Assembly (NCBI GenBank): GCA_030167865.1
Contig: JALAGF010000708.1
Coordinates: 1-40,390 of the forward strand
Source: Craspedostauros australis
Taxonomy: Eukaryota
Length of the DNA stretch: 40,390 bases
Direction: 5' to 3'
The notes beneath the pieces are model-generated. The model was not told the DNA's origin, made no database searches, and saw only the letters and a list, made by a program, of their open reading frames with translations. Both the position numbers and the translations under genes were made by a program. Shown piece by piece: positions 35,767 through 40,390 of this stretch. Numbering within the stretch: the first letter of the stretch is position 1; each line of letters opens with the position of its first letter.

Positions 35767-37121
35767 TCACATGCGATTTCCAGATATCTGCTGCCGCAGT
35801 GCCATAATGCTCTGCTGCTTGTCGGGTGGCAGTTGACTGATCTGCTGTGGAGTGAGCAGCATGACCTGCTGGACGAGAGCGGGATCGAGGTTGGTCACCC
35901 CCGGCGGGCCTGGTGGCTGTTGCGGCACGCCCCCGTATTGCTGCGACAGTGGAGCACTCCGCACAGGTGGCGGCGGAGGCGGCGGTGGCACAGATCTGGC
36001 AGCAGCACGAGGATCCATCCGCGCAGCCCGTGGATCTGCACGTGGAGGTGGTGGAGCTGGTGGTGCCGCAACCGCTCTCGGATCTGATCGAGGCGCCGCA
36101 CCGGCCCCGCGGGATCGAGGATCTGCAGCTCGCGGAGGGGCGGCGGGTATGCCTCCTCCTGCTCCTCCCATGCCCATCATTCCCATGCCAGCTCCAGACA
36201 TCATTCCAGGTCCGGCGTCCGACGATGCGCTGTTCTTCATCATATCCAGCTTGCTCATCAAGAACAACATGGCCTCGGGCAGCTGCGGATGGCCCGACAG
36301 CAACCGCCTCGCTTCGTCAGGGTTGCGATCGGCGATCTCTTTGAACTGTGCCACCACATCGTACATTTCGGACTTCGAGAATGCCTTGAGTGCATCGGCA
36401 ACGGCGTTGGTGCCGGAGCCCGTGGATTTGGACGACGATTTCTGGTTGTTGCTGCGTTGCGTGTTCTGCGATAGATCCATGCCGAGCTTCCCCGCCAGCG
36501 CCTCCAGATGGGAGCTGCTGCTAAAGTTGACACGGATTCCCCGACCGTTTAGATCGTACCCATTCATGTTACGGATCGCCGTCAAGGCTGCCTGCGGATC
36601 TTCGAACTCCACGAAGGCGAAGCCACGCGGCTTCCCGGTTTCCATATCAGTGACAAGACGAACATTGATCACTCTGCCGATGTCCGAAAACACCTGATGC
36701 AGCTGCTCTTCCGTCGTGTTGAAGGCGAGGTTGCCAACGAAGATGTCATTCTTTTGCTGCGGTTGCTGATGCATCTGCTGATGTTGCTGATGCTGATATG
36801 GAGCTGTTGGCCATGTTGTGCGTGTTGTGTTATGCAAGGTATGCAGCGTGCATGGAGCAGAGTGTCAGTGTATGTGAGTGTTTGAGGTTGGGCACAGCAG
36901 ATGTTGTTTGACCTACTGTCGTCGTACCATGACAGGCATGGCTTGGCACAACGTTGCCTTGAGCGTGGACAGTGGTTGTGAATTGCTCTGCTCTTGAGTG
37001 CCCAGAGAAGCCAGCTTGGAGCGTCGCAACGCAGCACTAACAAGCAGGGCACGAAGCACTTACCTCCACCGTATCCACCCGGCATGCCAGGTGCCTGGCC
37101 TCCTCTGGATCCGCCCCACAT
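35767..37121 (-). CDS. CSTF2: Cleavage stimulation factor 64 kDa subunit (CstF-64/RNA15); exons 37121-37064 and 36803-35767
   Basis: RRM with IFVGNL and KPRGFAFVEF, hinge domain (MYDVVAQFK…NPDEARRLLSGHPQL), and C-terminal QVMLLTPQQISQLPPDKQQSIMALRQQ. Phase-1 GT-AG intron. Confidence 0.93.
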
Positions 37122-37306
37122 GATTGCTTCAATACTGCTTCGAAGTCACTCCGTCTGCGTCGATGCCGCAGGGATGGTATGCTTGTGTGGATCGATCCCG
37201 GTTCGATCGCGTTGCGTTGTCTTGCTCTGCGTGGTGGTTGTATTTGCGAGTATGCTAATACTAATGTACTCTTGATGTGTCCTCCTCCTGTTGGATTCGG
37301 GATGGG

Positions 37307-37330
37307 CTGATGGACTGATGGACTGATGGA
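37307..37330. repeat. (CTGATGGA)3 tandem repeat upstream of CstF-64
   Basis: Read directly. Confidence 0.8.
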
Positions 37331-37925
37331 TGTGTGTGGCAGGTCGTAGTTCGCAGGGTTGAGGTTTCGGCACCTTTCGTGGTCGTGGTGGATTTGGATT
37401 GTCTTGTTTGACGCTCAGGGCGACGGCGGTTTCTTGTTTTGTGGTTTGGTGTCATGGTCGACGAAACAGTCGAAGTAGTCATTTGCCGACAGATCTTAGG
37501 ACGTGTTGATTGTTCCAGACTTGCACGAACAAGGTGCCGCGCTCCTACTTTGCAGAAGTGGTGCATCCACCAACACGATGGCACTGACGAATGATCCACG
37601 AGTATCATACGCCTACACACGAGCCAGAGAATACACGCATTCTGCAGTTAGATAGCAACCATAAGCGTAATAGTAGCGTCACCGTCGTGATCTTTATGTT
37701 GTGCTTTGCGACTTGTACCATACACATTGCGGCGACGCATTGGATCGACATACGTGCGCGTACGGTCTCGATTCATTCGATGCACTGTTACCACCCTGAT
37801 CATGACGGAATGAGATGGCGCAGATAGTACCAGAATAACACTTTGATTTGATGCCCAGGTGCCGAGCGCTGCCTTGTATTGCTCCAGAATATTTGCGGAC
37901 GCGCAATTCGAGTACGGTCCAAGCA

Positions 37926-38384
37926 TCAAAAGAACTTGAAATGCTTCTGCACGGCTTCCGAAACATCCCACGTGCAGCTCATTCCGGCCGGGAAGGTGAC
38001 GAAGTCGCCTTTGCCAAAGGTCGCGGGCTTGCGTCCGTCCGTGGGGATGACCGTGACTTTTCCCTGCAGTAAATAGCAAGATTCGCTGGAATCGTAGCTC
38101 CAAGGGAATTTGGACGCCTCGCAACCCCATGTCCCCCAAGAGAAAACGCCCTTGGAGTCGAGAAAGTCTTTGTCGGCCTGGGAAACAACCTCGATTTCAG
38201 GGCCATAGGCCATGTTCAACAGGAATGATGAAGCCCGCGAAGAGGAGGCAGGATAAGAGATCGCTTTTCCGAAGCTGTTGCAAACGTGCGAGTACTCGTG
38301 GTGTTGTGGATGGGGGCTCGGAGCAAACGCAGCGCCCGCACGGATGCTCGTAGCGAGGACACCAAATGCTACTGCTGTCTTCAT
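37926..38384 (-). CDS. Plastid-targeted cupin (Cupin_3/DUF861; plant TRR14-like)
   Basis: MKTAVAFGVLATSIRAGAA-FAP (ASAFAP motif). Domain GVFSWGTWGCEASKFPWSY…ESCYLLQGKV…GDFVTFPAGMSCTWDVSEAVQKHF. Confidence 0.9.
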   Translation of the reverse strand: MKTAVAFGVLATSIRAGAAFAPSPHPQHHEYSHVCNSFGKAISYPASSSRASSFLLNMAYGPEIEVVSQADKDFLDSKGVFSWGTWGCEASKFPWSYDSSESCYLLQGKVTVIPTDGRKPATFGKGDFVTFPAGMSCTWDVSEAVQKHFKFF

Positions 38385-39055
38385 GTCGGTGGATGATGAG
38401 GCAACTTGACCTTGTCTCGTCGTTTCCTTGTCTTCAGTATGGTGTGGTATTCTGAGGATCGCGCGGTTTTTCTTTCCCACAAGCACATCACTTTTGGAGC
38501 AGAACTGGATCTTTGTTTCTGTCTTGTCGATGCCGAAGACATCGGAAGCTACGGTGCATTATGTCTTCCTGGAGCTAATGGAATCACTTCTCCGTTGTAT
38601 TGTGGGAAGAGTTCCACATTTCGTGTTTTTGCGACCACCATGCTCCGTCATTGGAGGGGTTCGAGTGGCTCTTGTGCCATACGACCCCATTCAGGGTTCG
38701 CACACCTTGTGTGCTTTTTCACCTCTCGTGTATTATTTCTGGCGCGATCGGCAAACCAACCTCCCAGGGAAGGGCCCGCTTCAAAATTCCTTCGTGTGGA
38801 CCAGGGGAGGGTTTCTGACAAGAGACAATGCAAACTCCACACGGCGGCAATGGTTGCGACAAAACGGTGAACACCAAAGCAGAAGTTGGCCTTTCCTGGC
38901 GTGGTACTGCGCTCGTAGCTCGTACACGTAATCAAATGAACATTCGACTAATAAACACCGGCTTGCCGCTATGCATTGTTTATGGACAAGCGGTTCCATC
39001 ACAACATGACCCGAACAACTCATCCTTTCTCGTCTTTTGGCGCTGGCAGTTGCAC

Positions 39056-40390
39056 TCACTGCTTTGCTCCCTGCAGGTTGTACTCGATTTTGTGAATAAG
39101 AGAGTCGCGAACATGGAATGGTCCCACGCAGCTGTCTTTGCATGGTAACGCCATCCGCTTCAAGGCCGTCTCCGGGTTGTATGGACTTCCAGCATCCTGC
39201 AGCAGCGCAACGCTGCTCTCCTTTCCGAAGTGATTCGCAAAGCCTTGGATCCAGGATCTTGGTTCATCGCCGAGCAGTGGACCTCGCCTTTCAAGCGCTT
39301 TTCCGCTTCGCGCCCTCCACTTCTCGGCACGATCCTCTAGCCCACCGCGGTTGTCACCTGGACGCATGAAGGCCTCCAGCGTTCCGATGTAGTGGTTGAT
39401 GTGGAAGATGTCCTCGCGCTGTCCCCACGGAACGGGGCATTGTGAGACGATGTACCGATGTACACTCATCTGTTCTCCCAAGAAGTTGAACTTGGAGACA
39501 TCTGCAATGGCCTTGCCGATGTAGTCCTTCCTTTCCAGATGGCGGAACCGCAGCGTCTGGAGTCGATACGGATCCAAAAAGTCCGGGACACCACGCCGAA
39601 CATGGTCATCTGGACTCTCAATGGAACTGGCTTGCATGCGTCTTGTTGTGATGCACGACCGCTCAAAGTGGCTTGCTCCATTCGTGATGTTGTGATGCTG
39701 GACCTGTTGGAGAGCGTTGAAGAGGCTCCCTGGCTCAGCCATCCTTTCGGATGCATTGGGAACTGTGTTGCTGTTCAAGACGATGATCTCGTCTGTGTCA
39801 ATGAAGAATGACCATGTGCGGTTGCGTTCCTGGAGATGCATGGAGCACCCACGGTAGAACTCTCTTTGATTCGCCTTGTGTATCTTGTATGCCATGTTGG
39901 CTGCTTCTTCTGGCTTAGCAATCCCAGGCAACTTGTCCTTCCACCTCAATATAGCTGCTTTGTTTTTCGCGTCTCTGCCAAAATCATCAATATGGTGCCA
40001 CACCGTAATATTCATCAGGCCCTCCCATCGTGCAATCAGCGGTTGAAGGTCTTGTGTACTTTTAGGATCACGAAGGATGACGAGAGTGCGCAAAGAGAAT
40101 GTGAAGTAGTGGTATGCAATCCATTCGACAAGTCGTTGTGAGTCGTCCATCCACATGAGGCAAGCAGAGGATGTCTTGCTTACTGGGAGATCAAGTGAAG
40201 GTGGCGGTTGGATCTTGTTCGCACTTGTGGTGGTGGCGGATGCTGTCTCTATTGCTTTCGTTGCGGTCGTTGTTGGCTCTGCTGGAGTGGGCACAGCTGA
40301 TGCAGTTGCTGCCACTGGTGTTGCTGACGGAGGCACTGCATCTTCCAAAGCAGTGCGTGGTCCACTTGTGATGGTGTGATTGATGGCACT
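39056..40390 (-). CDS. Glycosyltransferase family 92/GT-A-like protein, 5' end beyond the window
   Basis: The frame is open to the window edge. Thr/Ala/Pro-rich stem, then SACLMWMDDSQRLVEWIAYHY, DxD motif FFIDTDE, GKAIAD and INHY, typical of the diatom GT92/DUF23-like family. Confidence 0.75.
   Translation of the reverse strand, partial: SAINHTITSGPRTALEDAVPPSATPVAATASAVPTPAEPTTTATKAIETASATTTSANKIQPPPSLDLPVSKTSSACLMWMDDSQRLVEWIAYHYFTFSLRTLVILRDPKSTQDLQPLIARWEGLMNITVWHHIDDFGRDAKNKAAILRWKDKLPGIAKPEEAANMAYKIHKANQREFYRGCSMHLQERNRTWSFFIDTDEIIVLNSNTVPNASERMAEPGSLFNALQQVQHHNITNGASHFERSCITTRRMQASSIESPDDHVRRGVPDFLDPYRLQTLRFRHLERKDYIGKAIADVSKFNFLGEQMSVHRYIVSQCPVPWGQREDIFHINHYIGTLEAFMRPGDNRGGLEDRAEKWRARSGKALERRGPLLGDEPRSWIQGFANHFGKESSVALLQDAGSPYNPETALKRMALPCKDSCVGPFHVRDSLIHKIEYNLQGAKQ

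Overview
Gene-dense eukaryotic nuclear DNA from a diatom-like photosynthetic stramenopile. The assignment rests on GT-AG introns, bipartite signal peptide plus ASAFAP-type plastid presequences, and diatom-type LRR and GT92 families. I reconstructed about 17 protein-coding genes by hand, with splice junctions where needed: cytochrome P450, SAP/SWIM/RING protein, RPB6, a UBX-like plus tandem ZFAND1-UBL-like protein, an SRPBCC/polyketide-cyclase-like protein, adenylosuccinate lyase, ATG16-like (5 exons), mitochondrial F1 delta and beta head-to-head, a Tat-type thylakoid lumen protein, plastid LETM1-like (4 exons), DUS3, a 6-exon type-II membrane LRR protein, plastid glutaredoxin, CstF-64, plastid cupin (DUF861/TRR14-like) and a 5'-truncated GT92-like glycosyltransferase. 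I saw no rRNA, tRNA, CRISPR array or transposon. I found no clear new multi-gene system. The best leads are the divergent F1 delta/beta pair, the unusual candidate p97/Cdc48 adaptor, DPR repeats in CstF-64, and the SAP-SWIM-RING architecture. All family calls are from motif recognition, not database searches.
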